A stretch of DNA of 59,398 bases from Gemmatimonadota bacterium (GTDB lineage Bacteria > Gemmatimonadota > Gemmatimonadetes > Gemmatimonadales > Gemmatimonadaceae). The notes under the pieces are model-generated. The model saw only the letters and a program-made list of their open reading frames with translations. It ran no database searches and was not told the origin of the DNA. The number at the start of each line of letters is the position of its first letter. Within the stretch, counting starts at the first letter, position 1. Shown here piece after piece: positions 9,886 through 20,418 of the stretch. Both the position numbers and the translations under genes were made by a program. The stretch lies in assembly GCA_040389905.1 (NCBI GenBank), contig JAZJZK010000002.1, positions 87,411-146,808 of the forward strand, given 5' to 3'.

Positions 9886-12648
9886 TCATCGTCCCGCCAC
9901 GATCTCCGCGCGCGTGTACACGAATCGCCCATTGTACCCGAATGGCGATGCGCCGGCCCACGGAAAAATGCCATACCCGTTGTCGAGCGTGTTCTTGTCC
10001 GGGAAGGTATCGAGCAGGTTCCGAACGCCGACGGACCACTTGATGCCGCTGAATTGCCGCCCCGCTTCGACATCGAAAAGTGTCTTCGCGCCGAACGTCT
10101 GATCGCACGTGCCGCACAGGCCAGGCGCGGAGTGGAAGGATCCGTACGATGACGCACGAACGAGAATGCTCATGCGTTCCCGCAGGTAGTCTGCGGTCAC
10201 GGTGCCACGCCAATCGGGGCGTTCCTTTTCGACCTGAATCGTCATGAACTGGTCGACAAGTTCCGCGCCTGTGCCGTTGAGCTGCACCGGATCGGGACGC
10301 TGGCCCACAATCCGGTTGGTCGTGTAGTTCACACCGGAAGTCAGCGTGAAGACGCCGCTTCCCACGAGGGTATGGTAGTTCGTGGTGAGATCGACGCCGC
10401 GCGTACGAGTATCGATGATGTTCGTGAAATACTGCGCCGCGGTGACGGCGAGACCCTTCTTTGCGAGAATGGACTCGACGCTGTCTCCTCCGATGAAGCC
10501 GCTGAGGAGAATGCGATCGTTCAGTTGAATGACGTAGCCATCGAGCGTGAGCGTGAAGTTCTCCGTCGGACTCCAGGCCGTGCCACCGCTGACGTTGATG
10601 GAGCTCTCCGCCTTCAGTGCCTTCGCGCCGAGCGCGATCGCCGCGGGATCGGACACGGAGAAGATGCCAACCTCGAACGGTGTCTGCTTGCCCGTCGCCG
10701 GGTCCAGCCGAAAGTTGGTGATCCGGCTGCCGTAGTTGCTCTGCGCGAGCGATGGTGCGCGGAATCCGGTGCTCACCGCGGCGCGGAAGACAATGTCCCT
10801 TGCCGGTTGAAAACGGAGCGCGAGCTTCGAGCTCAATTGCGAACCGAAGTCGCTGTAGTTCTCGAATCGTCCCGCTGCGTTGACCAGCAGCTGCGGGTTC
10901 AGATTCGTCTCGAGATCGAGATACGCGCCGGAGTTGTTGCGCGCCACGTCCACCGCGGTGGATGGCAGGAATCCGCTGAAGACCTGCGATCCGGGAGGCG
11001 CCGGGTCGCCGTTGGCGGTCGGATAGCCGCCCTGGATCCATGACCCCTTCTCGCCGGCCACCAGCGTAAAGGTCTCCCGGCGCACGGTGAGTCCCACGCC
11101 GACATTGACGGGGCTCGGCAATGCGGTGTGCACGGCGCGTGTGACGTTTGCACTCACGGCCAATTCGCCTGCCCGCAATCCTCCCGCAAAGAAATGCGTG
11201 CTATTGGGAATACCCGGGTCGTCGCTGTTGCCAAAGATGCCGTCGAGTCCGGGGGCGCACGCTCGCGTGAGGCATGGACCGAGGGACACGTTGAGCGTGT
11301 TCCGGAGCTGATAGTCGAAGGAGTTACGGCCGAAGGACGCACCGGCATCATAGTTCCAACCATTCACGTCGCCGCGCACGCCGGTCGCCGCCGACCAGTC
11401 GAGCACCGTCGGCCGGAACTCCGGAAGAAAGCCGAGCGGATAGATCGCCAGCCAGTTCCGCTCGGACATCGCCTGGCGGTAAAAGCCGTTGCCCGTGCCG
11501 ATGCGATGCGTATATCCACCGAATGCGTACAGTTCGCTCGTACCTTTCTCGTTGAGCGGCAACCGCAGGTTCGCGAACGACAGGACGTCATTGGCCAGGC
11601 CGTCGCCGAGGTGATGATTTGGCTGATCGACGGGATTGTTCTTTTGCAGGATATGTCCGTTGTCATCGACGACATCTGCGTCGCCGGTCACGAGCTGATC
11701 GGCCGCCTCCGGCCACGCGCGATTCGTCGGTTGCCGATTGCGATACTCGGCGAACAGTCCGAGCGATCCGCGTCCCAACTTGAGCCCCCACCCGCCATTC
11801 ACGTTGAGGGTATTGCCATCGGAGGGGAAATCGGCGGCGAAGTAGCGTCCGAAATCCGCGTTCGCAAAGGGGGCGAACGCTCCATCCTTGATCACGAGGT
11901 TCAGTACACCGGCGATGGCGTCGGAGCCGTACTGTGCAGACGCACCGTCGCGCAGGATCTCCATTCGCTCGATCGCGCTGGCGGGCATGGCGTTGAGATC
12001 GACCCCCGTCGACCCGGCCGGCATGCCGAAGGCAAACGTGTGCACGAGGGCGGACCGGTGACGACGCACTCCGTTCACGAGGACGAGCGTGTGGTCAGGA
12101 GACAGACCACGCATCGTGAATGGACGGACGATGTCATCGGCATCCGTCACGCTCTGTCGCGGAAAATTCACCGACGGCGAGACGTTTTGGAGAATTGCCG
12201 AGAGTTCGGAGGTTCCCTGCTTCGTAATGACATCCGCGGGGATGATGTCGACTGGAACGGCGACCTCGTCGGCGGCCTTGTGATGCGCCCGAGATCCGAC
12301 GACGACCGCGATCGGCGCCAGTTGCACGGTGGAACGCCGGAGGGAAAAATCCAGCGTTACACTCTGGTCCGCGCGGACGGTGACCTCGGCGGCGACCGGT
12401 GCGTAGCTGATGATCCTGGCGCGAATGGTCTGAAGGCCGGCCGGTACTCCGCGCAGCTCATAGTTGCCGGATGATGTCGTCTGCGCGCGCACGGCGGCAC
12501 GATCGACGGTGATGATTGCGCCGGCAATGGCAACGCCGGCTGAATCCAGCACGCGGCCGCGCACCGTGCCGGTCTGGGCCGCCGCGGTGGAGAGAAGTCC
12601 TGAAAGGCAGAAGCAGGTTGCAGCGCGAGCAAAGAGAACGATCCGCAT
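9886..12648 (-). CDS. TonB-dependent receptor with N-terminal carboxypeptidase-regulatory-like domain
   Basis: Plug motifs MRGLSPDHTLVLVNG and IERMEILRDGASAQYGSDAIAGV, barrel-like C-terminus. GGAGA RBS before ATG 12648. Confidence 0.93.
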   Translation of the reverse strand: MRIVLFARAATCFCLSGLLSTAAAQTGTVRGRVLDSAGVAIAGAIITVDRAAVRAQTTSSGNYELRGVPAGLQTIRARIISYAPVAAEVTVRADQSVTLDFSLRRSTVQLAPIAVVVGSRAHHKAADEVAVPVDIIPADVITKQGTSELSAILQNVSPSVNFPRQSVTDADDIVRPFTMRGLSPDHTLVLVNGVRRHRSALVHTFAFGMPAGSTGVDLNAMPASAIERMEILRDGASAQYGSDAIAGVLNLVIKDGAFAPFANADFGRYFAADFPSDGNTLNVNGGWGLKLGRGSLGLFAEYRNRQPTNRAWPEAADQLVTGDADVVDDNGHILQKNNPVDQPNHHLGDGLANDVLSFANLRLPLNEKGTSELYAFGGYTHRIGTGNGFYRQAMSERNWLAIYPLGFLPEFRPTVLDWSAATGVRGDVNGWNYDAGASFGRNSFDYQLRNTLNVSLGPCLTRACAPGLDGIFGNSDDPGIPNSTHFFAGGLRAGELAVSANVTRAVHTALPSPVNVGVGLTVRRETFTLVAGEKGSWIQGGYPTANGDPAPPGSQVFSGFLPSTAVDVARNNSGAYLDLETNLNPQLLVNAAGRFENYSDFGSQLSSKLALRFQPARDIVFRAAVSTGFRAPSLAQSNYGSRITNFRLDPATGKQTPFEVGIFSVSDPAAIALGAKALKAESSINVSGGTAWSPTENFTLTLDGYVIQLNDRILLSGFIGGDSVESILAKKGLAVTAAQYFTNIIDTRTRGVDLTTNYHTLVGSGVFTLTSGVNYTTNRIVGQRPDPVQLNGTGAELVDQFMTIQVEKERPDWRGTVTADYLRERMSILVRASSYGSFHSAPGLCGTCDQTFGAKTLFDVEAGRQFSGIKWSVGVRNLLDTFPDKNTLDNGYGIFPWAGASPFGYNGRFVYTRAEIVAGR

Positions 12649-12842
12649 TGAATCTCCACGAAGGGTGTTCGCTCCGGGCTGCGTCGCCGTTTCTGAGGAT
12701 AGCGCCGTCACGTTGAGGCCGCCAGAAAAAATGGTCTGGGTGCAACAATTCGATTCACATCGTCGCGGAAATGATGACGCGTCAGGATCTTCGCCCAACT
12801 ACTCTGTGATCGATGAGCCCGCAATATTACAAGCCCGCCCGC

Positions 12843-12880
12843 TTGACATTAAAATGTCAACCGATGACATTTAAATGTAT
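12843..12880 (+). promoter_or_regulatory. vapB promoter with two palindromic operators
   Basis: TTGACATT-AA-AATGTCAA (12843-12860) and TGACATT-TA-AATGTAT (12865-12880). TTGACA -35 box. The second site overlaps the ATG. Confidence 0.7.
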
Positions 12881-13121
12881 GCGAACCACAATCCGCCTCG
12901 ATGATGCCCTGCTACGGAAGGCAAAAGCCGCTGCCGCCGCAAATGGCATTACGCTCAACCAGCTCATCGAAGACGCCGTGCGTGCGGCGCTCGCTCCGCG
13001 TGCGACGGGCGCACGGGTTCGCGAAGCCAGCCTGCCCGTCTACGCCGGCGCCGGGTTGCAGCCGGGCGTCGATCTCGCTGAGTCGTCTGCGCTGCTCGAC
13101 ATCATGAACGCCGCGCACTAG
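12879..13121 (+). CDS. vapB: VapB antitoxin (ribbon-helix-helix/CopG type)
   Basis: MRTTIRLDDALL RHH N-terminus, GLQPGVDL C-terminal motif, directly upstream of a PIN gene. Confidence 0.85.
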   Translation: MRTTIRLDDALLRKAKAAAAANGITLNQLIEDAVRAALAPRATGARVREASLPVYAGAGLQPGVDLAESSALLDIMNAAH

Positions 13122-13129
13122 GTACTCCG

Positions 13130-13558
13130 GTGCTCCTGCTCGACGTCAACATCGTGGTGTACGCCTTTCGCGCGGACTCGCCCCGCCACAGCGAGTACAA
13201 GGCGTGGCTCGAAGACCGTCTCGCCGGACAGGAGCCTGTTGGGGTCTCAGACCTCGTACTCAGTGGTGCGCTGCGGGTCTTGACCCATCCGCGCGTCTTC
13301 GTCCCCCCGACACCGCTGCCCGACGCGCTGCACTTCATCGCGGCGCTCCGATCGCGCAGCAATTGCGTCATCGTCAACCCCGGCTCGCGTCATTGGGATA
13401 TTTTCTCGCGCCTCTGTACCCAGGGCGCGGCAAAGGGCAATATGATTGCGGACGCGTATCACGCCGCACTCGCGATCGAACACGGGTGCGAGTGGATCAC
13501 CGCAGACCGCGGCTTTGCTCGTTTTCCAGGTTTGCGGTGGCGCAGTCCTTTCGAGTAG
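13130..13558 (+). CDS. vapC: VapC PIN-domain ribonuclease toxin
   Basis: LLDVNIVVYA, DAYHAALAIE, ITADRGFARF PIN motifs. Confidence 0.92.
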   Translation: MLLLDVNIVVYAFRADSPRHSEYKAWLEDRLAGQEPVGVSDLVLSGALRVLTHPRVFVPPTPLPDALHFIAALRSRSNCVIVNPGSRHWDIFSRLCTQGAAKGNMIADAYHAALAIEHGCEWITADRGFARFPGLRWRSPFE

Positions 13559-13564
13559 CACGAT

Positions 13565-13597
13565 TGTCACCCCGAGCGAAGGCCAGGGGGTCTGCAC
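13565..13597. repeat. repeat family A, single arm
   Basis: TGTCACCCCGAGCGAAGGCCAGGGGGTCTGCAC, just after vapC. Confidence 0.75.
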
Positions 13598-13624
13598 TGC
13601 TGTTATTCCCGCCAGGTGACCACA

Positions 13625-15196
13625 ATGCACATTCGATCGACGCTCGCCTTCCTCGCCGCGGTGGTGGTTGCCACGCCATCGCTACCCGCGCAGGCGAACA
13701 CAGGCGCCGCGGCGCGCGCCGCCGCACGCGCCTACCGCGAGTCGCATGAAGGCGCGATCGCGACGGAGTTTGCCGAACTGCTCGCGCTCCCGAATCTCGC
13801 CTCCGATTCGGTCGGCATTCGCCGTAACGCCGACCACCTGCTCGAGATGCTCGGCAAGCGCGGCTTCACGAATACCAAATTGCTGACGGTGCCCGGCGCT
13901 CCGCCGGCCGTCTACGGCGAACTGCTCGTACCCGGTGCCGCGCGCACGCTGATTCTCTACGCCCACTACGACGGCCAGCCGCTGGATCCGAAGCAGTGGA
14001 CAACGCCGCCCTGGTCACCAGTGTTGAGAACCGCCGAAGTGAATGCCGGTGGCAAGGTGATCCCGATCCCCTCCGCCAACGGCCGAATCGACGGTGAGGC
14101 GCGCATCTACGGACGTTCCGCAGGTGACGACAAGGGCTCGATCATCACGATGCTCACCGCCATCGACGCGATGCGGGCGGGCAACGTGAAGCAGTCCGTA
14201 AACCTCAAGGTGTTCTTCGAGGGAGAGGAAGAAGCCGGCTCGCCACATCTCAGCCAGATCCTCGAGACCTACAAGGCACAACTGGCCGGCGACGCGTGGC
14301 TCTTCTGCGACGGCCCCGTTCACCAGAGTGGGCGCCAGCAACTCTCCTTCGGACAACGCGGCATCACCGAATTCGACCTCACGCTCTTCGGACCAACGCG
14401 TCCACTGCACAGCGGTCACTATGGAAACTGGGCACCCAATCCCGCCGCGCTGATTGCGAACCTCATTGCGAGCATGCGCGACGATGAGGGTCGCATCAAG
14501 GTCGCCGGCTACTACGATGACGTGAAGCCCATCTCCGCCGCCGAGCGCAAGGCCATCGCCGCGCTGCCGGCGTACGACTCGACGCTCCGGGTCGCTCTCG
14601 GTCTCGGCAAGACAGAAGCGAACGGCGCACTGTTGGCCGAGCGAATCATGCTTCCCGCGTTCAATGTGCGGGGCATTCGTGTGGGAGGAGTGCGCGAGAC
14701 GGGATCGAACACGATTTCGTCCGAGGCGTACGCGTCCTTCGACCTCCGGCTTGTCCCGAACCAGAAGCCGGAACGCGTGCGACAGCTTGTCGAAGCGCAC
14801 ATCAAGAGGCAGGGCTACTTCATCACGCACGACAGCGTGACGCTCGAGATGAGGTTGTCGCATCCGCGTGTCGCACATCTGCGCTGGGGCACCGGCTATC
14901 CGCCATCGCGCGCGCCGATGGATGGGCCGTTTGGAAAGGCGGTGCTCACGGCGCTGAGTGATGGCGCCAAGGAAGCGCCACTCGTCATCCCGACCGTGGG
15001 CGGGAGCGGCCCGTCGTACATGTTCGAGCAGATCCTCAAGGTGCCGATGATCTCGTTGCCGATGGCGAATTACGACGACAATCAGCACGCGGCAGACGAG
15101 AATCTCCGGATGCAGAACTTGTGGGATGGGATCGAGATGTATTCGGCGCTGCTGGCGGGGATGGGAAAGGCATGGGGCGCACGCCCGGTGCCTTGA
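13625..15196 (+). CDS. secreted M20/M25/M40 metallopeptidase
   Basis: YAHYDGQP, GRSAGDDKG, EGEEEAGS, NQHAADEN motifs. Signal peptide. Confidence 0.92.
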   Translation: MHIRSTLAFLAAVVVATPSLPAQANTGAAARAAARAYRESHEGAIATEFAELLALPNLASDSVGIRRNADHLLEMLGKRGFTNTKLLTVPGAPPAVYGELLVPGAARTLILYAHYDGQPLDPKQWTTPPWSPVLRTAEVNAGGKVIPIPSANGRIDGEARIYGRSAGDDKGSIITMLTAIDAMRAGNVKQSVNLKVFFEGEEEAGSPHLSQILETYKAQLAGDAWLFCDGPVHQSGRQQLSFGQRGITEFDLTLFGPTRPLHSGHYGNWAPNPAALIANLIASMRDDEGRIKVAGYYDDVKPISAAERKAIAALPAYDSTLRVALGLGKTEANGALLAERIMLPAFNVRGIRVGGVRETGSNTISSEAYASFDLRLVPNQKPERVRQLVEAHIKRQGYFITHDSVTLEMRLSHPRVAHLRWGTGYPPSRAPMDGPFGKAVLTALSDGAKEAPLVIPTVGGSGPSYMFEQILKVPMISLPMANYDDNQHAADENLRMQNLWDGIEMYSALLAGMGKAWGARPVP

Positions 15197-15221
15197 ATGC
15201 TGTAACTGCGTGAACTGCCTA

Positions 15222-15325
15222 AGGAGCGGACTGAACGAACTTGAACGAAAACTGCACGGATTACTTCTTTCCGCTCGATGAATTGAGATCCGGTTGTTTC
15301 CGTTGCATCCGCTCGATCCGCTCCT
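15222..15325. repeat. repeat family C
   Basis: AGGAGCGGA...TTTCCGTTGCATCCGCTCGATCCGCTCCT. Confidence 0.7.
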
Positions 15326-15379
15326 AATTCTCCGGCCAGTGTCCATTCAATGATCTTTGATTTGTCGAGAGGCAGTGCA

Positions 15380-16723
15380 ATGAAGCACGGAAGTCTGGTA
15401 ACAGCGATATCGGGCATTTTCGTCGGTACATCGATGGCGTGCGCCAATGTGCCGCCGAGTTCCGCCGCGCTGCCAACTGACGCGTCAGCATTCGCGTGCT
15501 GCACCACCGAAGGCAAGGCGATCGCGAGCCGCTATCGGAACACTGCCATCTCGCAGCGACGCTTCACCCACGCCGAGCTGTGGACAGCCCTCGAACCGGT
15601 AACAAAGTCATCGGCCGTGCGTGTCACCGACATCGGCAGGTCGATCCAGGGACGTCCGATCCGAGCCATCACCTTCGGACACGGGCCGACTACTGTGCTG
15701 TTGTGGTCCCAGATGCACGGCGACGAATCAACGGCGACGATGGCGCTGACGGATCTTCTCGGCTGGATGACCGCACCAACGCCAGAGGTTGCGGCACTCC
15801 GAACGCGCATTGCCGATGCACTGACCGTCGTGATGGTGCCGATGCTCAACCCCGACGGTGCTGAGCTATTCCAGCGCGAAAACGCCGTCGGTGTCGACGT
15901 CAATCGCGATGCCGCTCGGCTGGCGACACCCGAAGCGAGAACGCTGAAAGCGCTTCGCGATTCCATCAAGCCCGCGTTTGGATTCAACCTGCATGATCAG
16001 AACGGACGCATCCTGAGTGGACGAGCGGGGAAGCAGGTCGCGATCGCGTTGCTTGCTCCCGCACGGAACGACGCTGCAGATTACGAGGGCGCCCGAGCCA
16101 ACGCGCGTCTCGTCGCATCCGGGCTCGTGTCCATCATCGAACGTGAGATTCCCGGCCGCGTCGCGAAGTACGAGGACGCATTCAATCCACGCGCCTTCGG
16201 GGATCTGATGCAGGCGTGGGGCACCAGCACGGTGCTCATCGAGAGCGGCGCGCTGCCTGATGATCCGCAAAAACAGAAGCTCCGCGAGATCAACGTCATC
16301 GGCATCCTTTCGGCGTTGCAGGCCATTGCCACCGAGCGGTACCGATCCGCCGATCCGCGCGTGTATGACAATCTCGCAATGAACGACCGTGCCGCAGTCG
16401 ACTTGATGGTGAAGGGTGCGCAGGTTGTGCTGCCAGGTATCGAGCCGATGCAGGTTGATCTTGCATTGAACTATGGCGATCTGCTGAACAAGTTGCGCCC
16501 GCAGGTTCGCGAAGTTGGCGACCTGTCCCTCGTCGTCGCCTTCGATACGCTCGACGCGAGGGGCTTGTTTCTGCATCCGGCGCCCGCGATGCTGACGGAG
16601 GACAAAGGCATGCGATGGCTTCGTATCGGCGCAACGGGATCATTCACCTTGCGCCGGACGCGCGATCCGAACAGTGAGATCGTACGAACCATCGGAGATG
16701 CAGTCGGTCCTCGGCGTCCGTAG
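15380..16723 (+). CDS. M14 zinc carboxypeptidase, possible lipoprotein
   Basis: MHGDE, PMLNPDG, DVNRD, FNLHDQ motifs. SMAC lipobox-like site. Confidence 0.88.
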   Translation: MKHGSLVTAISGIFVGTSMACANVPPSSAALPTDASAFACCTTEGKAIASRYRNTAISQRRFTHAELWTALEPVTKSSAVRVTDIGRSIQGRPIRAITFGHGPTTVLLWSQMHGDESTATMALTDLLGWMTAPTPEVAALRTRIADALTVVMVPMLNPDGAELFQRENAVGVDVNRDAARLATPEARTLKALRDSIKPAFGFNLHDQNGRILSGRAGKQVAIALLAPARNDAADYEGARANARLVASGLVSIIEREIPGRVAKYEDAFNPRAFGDLMQAWGTSTVLIESGALPDDPQKQKLREINVIGILSALQAIATERYRSADPRVYDNLAMNDRAAVDLMVKGAQVVLPGIEPMQVDLALNYGDLLNKLRPQVREVGDLSLVVAFDTLDARGLFLHPAPAMLTEDKGMRWLRIGATGSFTLRRTRDPNSEIVRTIGDAVGPRRP

Positions 16724-16744
16724 TCCTCATATCACTACCAGCCA

Positions 16745-18820
16745 ATGACAGACGCTCAGCGACGGACTCTGGAGGCACTCTGTGCTCGGATCGTCACCGA
16801 GGCGCGCGACGCAGCCGGTGCGCCCACGACACTCGCTGCCGCAGTGGAGGCGCGACTCGCGGCCGGCGATCCCGTTCTGCGCAGTCAGGTGTCCATGCTG
16901 CTCACCGTGTTCGACTCCCCAGCAACATCACTGCTGGTCGGACTACGCGTCGGCCGCTTCTCGGCGTGGCCGGCAGCGGACCAGGACGCCTGGCTCCGTA
17001 CGTGGGAGGCGAGTGCGCTGCCTCCGATGCGCACGATCTTCCAGGCGTTCCGGAAGCTCATCCTCTCGACGTACTATGCGCACGAATCGGCGACGGCGGC
17101 CATCGGCTTTCTCGGTCCGCTGTACGAGCGCGAGCCGCAGGTCGCTTGGGAAGGCGCGCTGCACGGAACTCAGTCAGATGACGAGCCAATCAAGCGTGCG
17201 CCGAGCGCTGCGAATGTTCCTCTGATTACTGAGAACGACGCGTGGCGCGAGGCAAATCGCGTCCCCGCAGGCGTCACTCCTGGCGACTCGCTGACCGGAC
17301 ACACGAGCATCACGGCGGATGTATGCGTCGTCGGTTCTGGTGCGGGTGGTGCGGTCACCGCAGCGCGCCTCGCGGAACGTGGCTTCGACGTCGTGCTCCT
17401 CGAAGAGGGTGGCTACTGGACTGCGAGCGATTTCACCGAACGCGAGTCGGAGATGGTACCGCGCCTGTACGCGGACGCCGGCGCGCGCGCGACGGACGAT
17501 CTCTCGCTCTCGATCCTTCAAGGCCGATGCATAGGCGGAGGCACCACGATCAACTGGATGATCATGTTGCGCGCCGCGGAGCAGGTGCTCGATGAATGGG
17601 CAGAGGAACATGGCGCGGAGGGTATGCGCGCGACGGATTTCGCGCCTGTCTACGAACAGATCGAAGCGGAGGTGCACGCACGCTTCGTCCCGGACGACGC
17701 GCATGCGCCGAACAATCGGATCATCCTCGATGGCGCGCGGGCACTCAGTTGGCATGCGACAAACGCGCGCATCAATGCGAAGGAGTGTGTTCGCGCGGGG
17801 TTCTGCGGCGTCGGGTGCCGGTACGGTGCGAAGCAGAGCACGCTGGTGACATTCATGCCGCGCGCGCTCGCGGCCGGTGCACGGGTATTCAGCGACGTAC
17901 GCGTTGAAACGGTCAAGCAGTTGGCCCCGCATAGCGGAGCGCACCTCAAGCGTGTTGCCGGCACTGTCCTTGATCGCGCAACGGGAAAGGCGCGTGGAAC
18001 CATTGCGGTCGACGCGCCGATCGTCGTGCTGTCCGCTGGTGCCGTGGGCACGCCGTCGATCCTGCAACGCTCCGGTCTTGGGGGTGGAGGCGTCGGTCGT
18101 TTTCTGCGCGTGCATCCGACGTCCGCCACGGTGGGGCGATACGACCGCGAGATGTATGGCACCGCGGGGATACCGCAGTCGTCGCTCTGCGACCAGTTCA
18201 TGGCGGGCGAGGACGGCAAGGGATATGGCTTCTGGATCGAGTGCCCCGCGCTGCTCCCCGCACTCGCCTCCGTTGCCGTACCGGGATTCGGGGCCGAGCA
18301 TGCCGCGGTCATGCGCGACTTCACGCGGCTTGGTAGCCTGATCGTTCTGACGCGAGACGGCGCGCAACGCGAGCATTCCAGCGGTGGCGTCTCGGTCGAC
18401 CGCACCGGGCGCGTGCATATCTCATATCGAATGACAACGGCGGACCGCGAGACATTGGTTCGAGGAATCGCGGCGACGGCGCGTCTGCATTTTGCGGCCG
18501 GCGCGCAAGAGGTGACGACACTGCATTCTCCGATGCTGCGCCTGCGTTCCGAAGCGGACATCGTCGATATCGCATCTCGCCCGTCGGGACCGAATCAACT
18601 GGGACTCTTCACCGCGCACATGAACGGCACCTGTCGGATCGGCAAAAACCCCGCGACGAGCGGCTGCACGCCCGATGGAGAGCGGCATGGTGTTCCAGGG
18701 CTCTATGTGATCGATGGGTCGTTGTTCCCGACGGCCCCCGGCGTGAATCCGCAGGAAACGATCATGGCGATGGCGACGATACTCTCGTCGCGCATCGCGT
18801 CGCGGCACGCGCACATCTGA
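16745..18820 (+). CDS. GMC oxidoreductase (long-chain alcohol oxidase-like) with N-terminal helical domain
   Basis: VVGSGAGG, GRCIGGGTTIN, CxxxGxCxxGC, AHMNGTCRIG, DGSLFPT and VNPQETI motifs. Confidence 0.9.
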   Translation: MTDAQRRTLEALCARIVTEARDAAGAPTTLAAAVEARLAAGDPVLRSQVSMLLTVFDSPATSLLVGLRVGRFSAWPAADQDAWLRTWEASALPPMRTIFQAFRKLILSTYYAHESATAAIGFLGPLYEREPQVAWEGALHGTQSDDEPIKRAPSAANVPLITENDAWREANRVPAGVTPGDSLTGHTSITADVCVVGSGAGGAVTAARLAERGFDVVLLEEGGYWTASDFTERESEMVPRLYADAGARATDDLSLSILQGRCIGGGTTINWMIMLRAAEQVLDEWAEEHGAEGMRATDFAPVYEQIEAEVHARFVPDDAHAPNNRIILDGARALSWHATNARINAKECVRAGFCGVGCRYGAKQSTLVTFMPRALAAGARVFSDVRVETVKQLAPHSGAHLKRVAGTVLDRATGKARGTIAVDAPIVVLSAGAVGTPSILQRSGLGGGGVGRFLRVHPTSATVGRYDREMYGTAGIPQSSLCDQFMAGEDGKGYGFWIECPALLPALASVAVPGFGAEHAAVMRDFTRLGSLIVLTRDGAQREHSSGGVSVDRTGRVHISYRMTTADRETLVRGIAATARLHFAAGAQEVTTLHSPMLRLRSEADIVDIASRPSGPNQLGLFTAHMNGTCRIGKNPATSGCTPDGERHGVPGLYVIDGSLFPTAPGVNPQETIMAMATILSSRIASRHAHI

Positions 18821-18829
18821 GACTACTGA

Positions 18830-19162
18830 ATTCTTCGGATCGAACGGCGTTGAGGAGGGGCGTTCGTCGTGTGAGATGAAGCAGATTCTTCGGATTCTTC
18901 GGATTGAACGGATTCTCCAACACGCGAAATCACGATGATGGCGTTGACGCTTTGAACTGACGCTTCAACGCTGTTGAATTTCGGCAGTTTCCGTGGCATC
19001 CCGTCGCATCCGTTCCTAAAGAGTCATCAAAGCCTGAGGAACGGATTAACCGGATGCGACAAGAAAATGGCACCGATTCCTGCAAAGACTCGTTGCGACT
19101 CTGTTCTAGAATGAGCGTTGAAGGATCCGTGTCGATCGCCGAACTCCGTACAATCCGTAATC
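18830..19162. repeat. repeat family C cluster
   Basis: TTCTTCGGAT three times, GTCGCATCCGTTCCT / AGGAACGGAT..CGGATGCGAC, and trailing ATCCGT units. Confidence 0.7.
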
Positions 19163-19298
19163 CCCAACGGTCAACGCAGTTGCTGGTGACGCCTTTCCAC
19201 GAAACCGGTATGGTCCCCGCCACGAAAGTGGGTCTGTGTCGCGACCGTCGAATCGATGACCAATTCCAGTCTTCACCCAACCCGAATTGAGTAACGTG

Positions 19299-20417
19299 AT
19301 GACCAGTCGTCGCGATTTCATCAAGACCAGTGCACTTGCCGGCGGAGCGGTGATTCTCGGCGCAGATGCACTGCGCGCGCAGGACGCGCTCTTCCGTGAG
19401 AAAACACCGCGTGCCGCGGCGAGTCTCAAGGTGCTTGTACTCGGCGGCACGGGCTTCATCGGACCGCATCTCGTCCGCCACGCGGTCGGGCGCGGCCACA
19501 AAGTCACGATCTTCACGCGAGGACGCCGTGACGCCGAGCTACCCGCAGACGTGGAGCGTCTCATCGGCGACCGGAACGGCGACCTGAAATCGCTGGAAGG
19601 AAAGAAGTGGGACGTCGTCATCGACGACTCCGCGACGAACCCGGTATGGGTCGCGGCGACTGCGGCGCTCCTGCGTAACAATGTCGGTCGGTATCTCTTC
19701 ACGTCGTCCACCGGCGTGTTTTATCCGTACCTCACGCGAGGCCTGGACGAATTCGGTCCCATCAAGACCGAGGTGGATGACCCCAAGGACGGCTCGGCCA
19801 CCTTTGGTGTTGCCAAGGCCAAGTGCGAGCTGGAAATGATGGAAGTCTTTCGCGAGCGTGGCGTCGTCGTCCGACCCACGTACATCGTCGGGCCTGATGA
19901 CACCTCCGATCGTTTCCCCTACTGGCCACAACGCCTGGCGCGCGGCGGTGAGGTGTTGGCGCCCGGCAAACGCGACGACCCCGTGCAGTTCATCGACGTG
20001 CGTGACTTGGCGGAATTCATGATCAAGCTGCTCGAAGACGGCCAGCACGGTGCGTATAACGCGGTAGGCCCCGAGAAGCTGATGACGTCGCGCCAGTTTT
20101 ATGCACAGGCGCGTGCCGCGCTCGGCTCGAAGGCGCAACTTACGTATATCGACGACTATGCGTTTCTCTCAGAGCACAAAATCGAAGAGGCAATTCCGTG
20201 GGCGATGCTCAAGGGCAACGACGACGGCATGATGTCGATCAAGAATGAAAAGGCCCGTGCGGCGGGACTGAAGTACCGTCCACTCGAGACCACGGTGCGC
20301 GATACACTTGCCTGGTGGCCTACGGTTCCGGATGCCCGGCGCAATGCGCCCAAGTTCACCATTCAGCCTGAACAGGAAGTGCAGGCGTTGGCGGATTGGC
20401 ACACGCGTAAGGCGTGA
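19299..20417 (+). CDS. Tat-exported NAD-dependent epimerase/dehydratase (extended/atypical SDR)
   Basis: SRRDFIK twin-arginine signal, VLGGTGFIG Rossmann motif, QFIDVRDLA. Confidence 0.88.
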   Translation: MTSRRDFIKTSALAGGAVILGADALRAQDALFREKTPRAAASLKVLVLGGTGFIGPHLVRHAVGRGHKVTIFTRGRRDAELPADVERLIGDRNGDLKSLEGKKWDVVIDDSATNPVWVAATAALLRNNVGRYLFTSSTGVFYPYLTRGLDEFGPIKTEVDDPKDGSATFGVAKAKCELEMMEVFRERGVVVRPTYIVGPDDTSDRFPYWPQRLARGGEVLAPGKRDDPVQFIDVRDLAEFMIKLLEDGQHGAYNAVGPEKLMTSRQFYAQARAALGSKAQLTYIDDYAFLSEHKIEEAIPWAMLKGNDDGMMSIKNEKARAAGLKYRPLETTVRDTLAWWPTVPDARRNAPKFTIQPEQEVQALADWHTRKA

Positions 20418-20418
20418 C

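Noticed and set aside
12649..12842. Riboswitch upstream of the TonB-dependent receptor
   Set aside because: I could not recognise cobalamin, TPP or other aptamer consensus by eye. An Rfam scan would be decisive.
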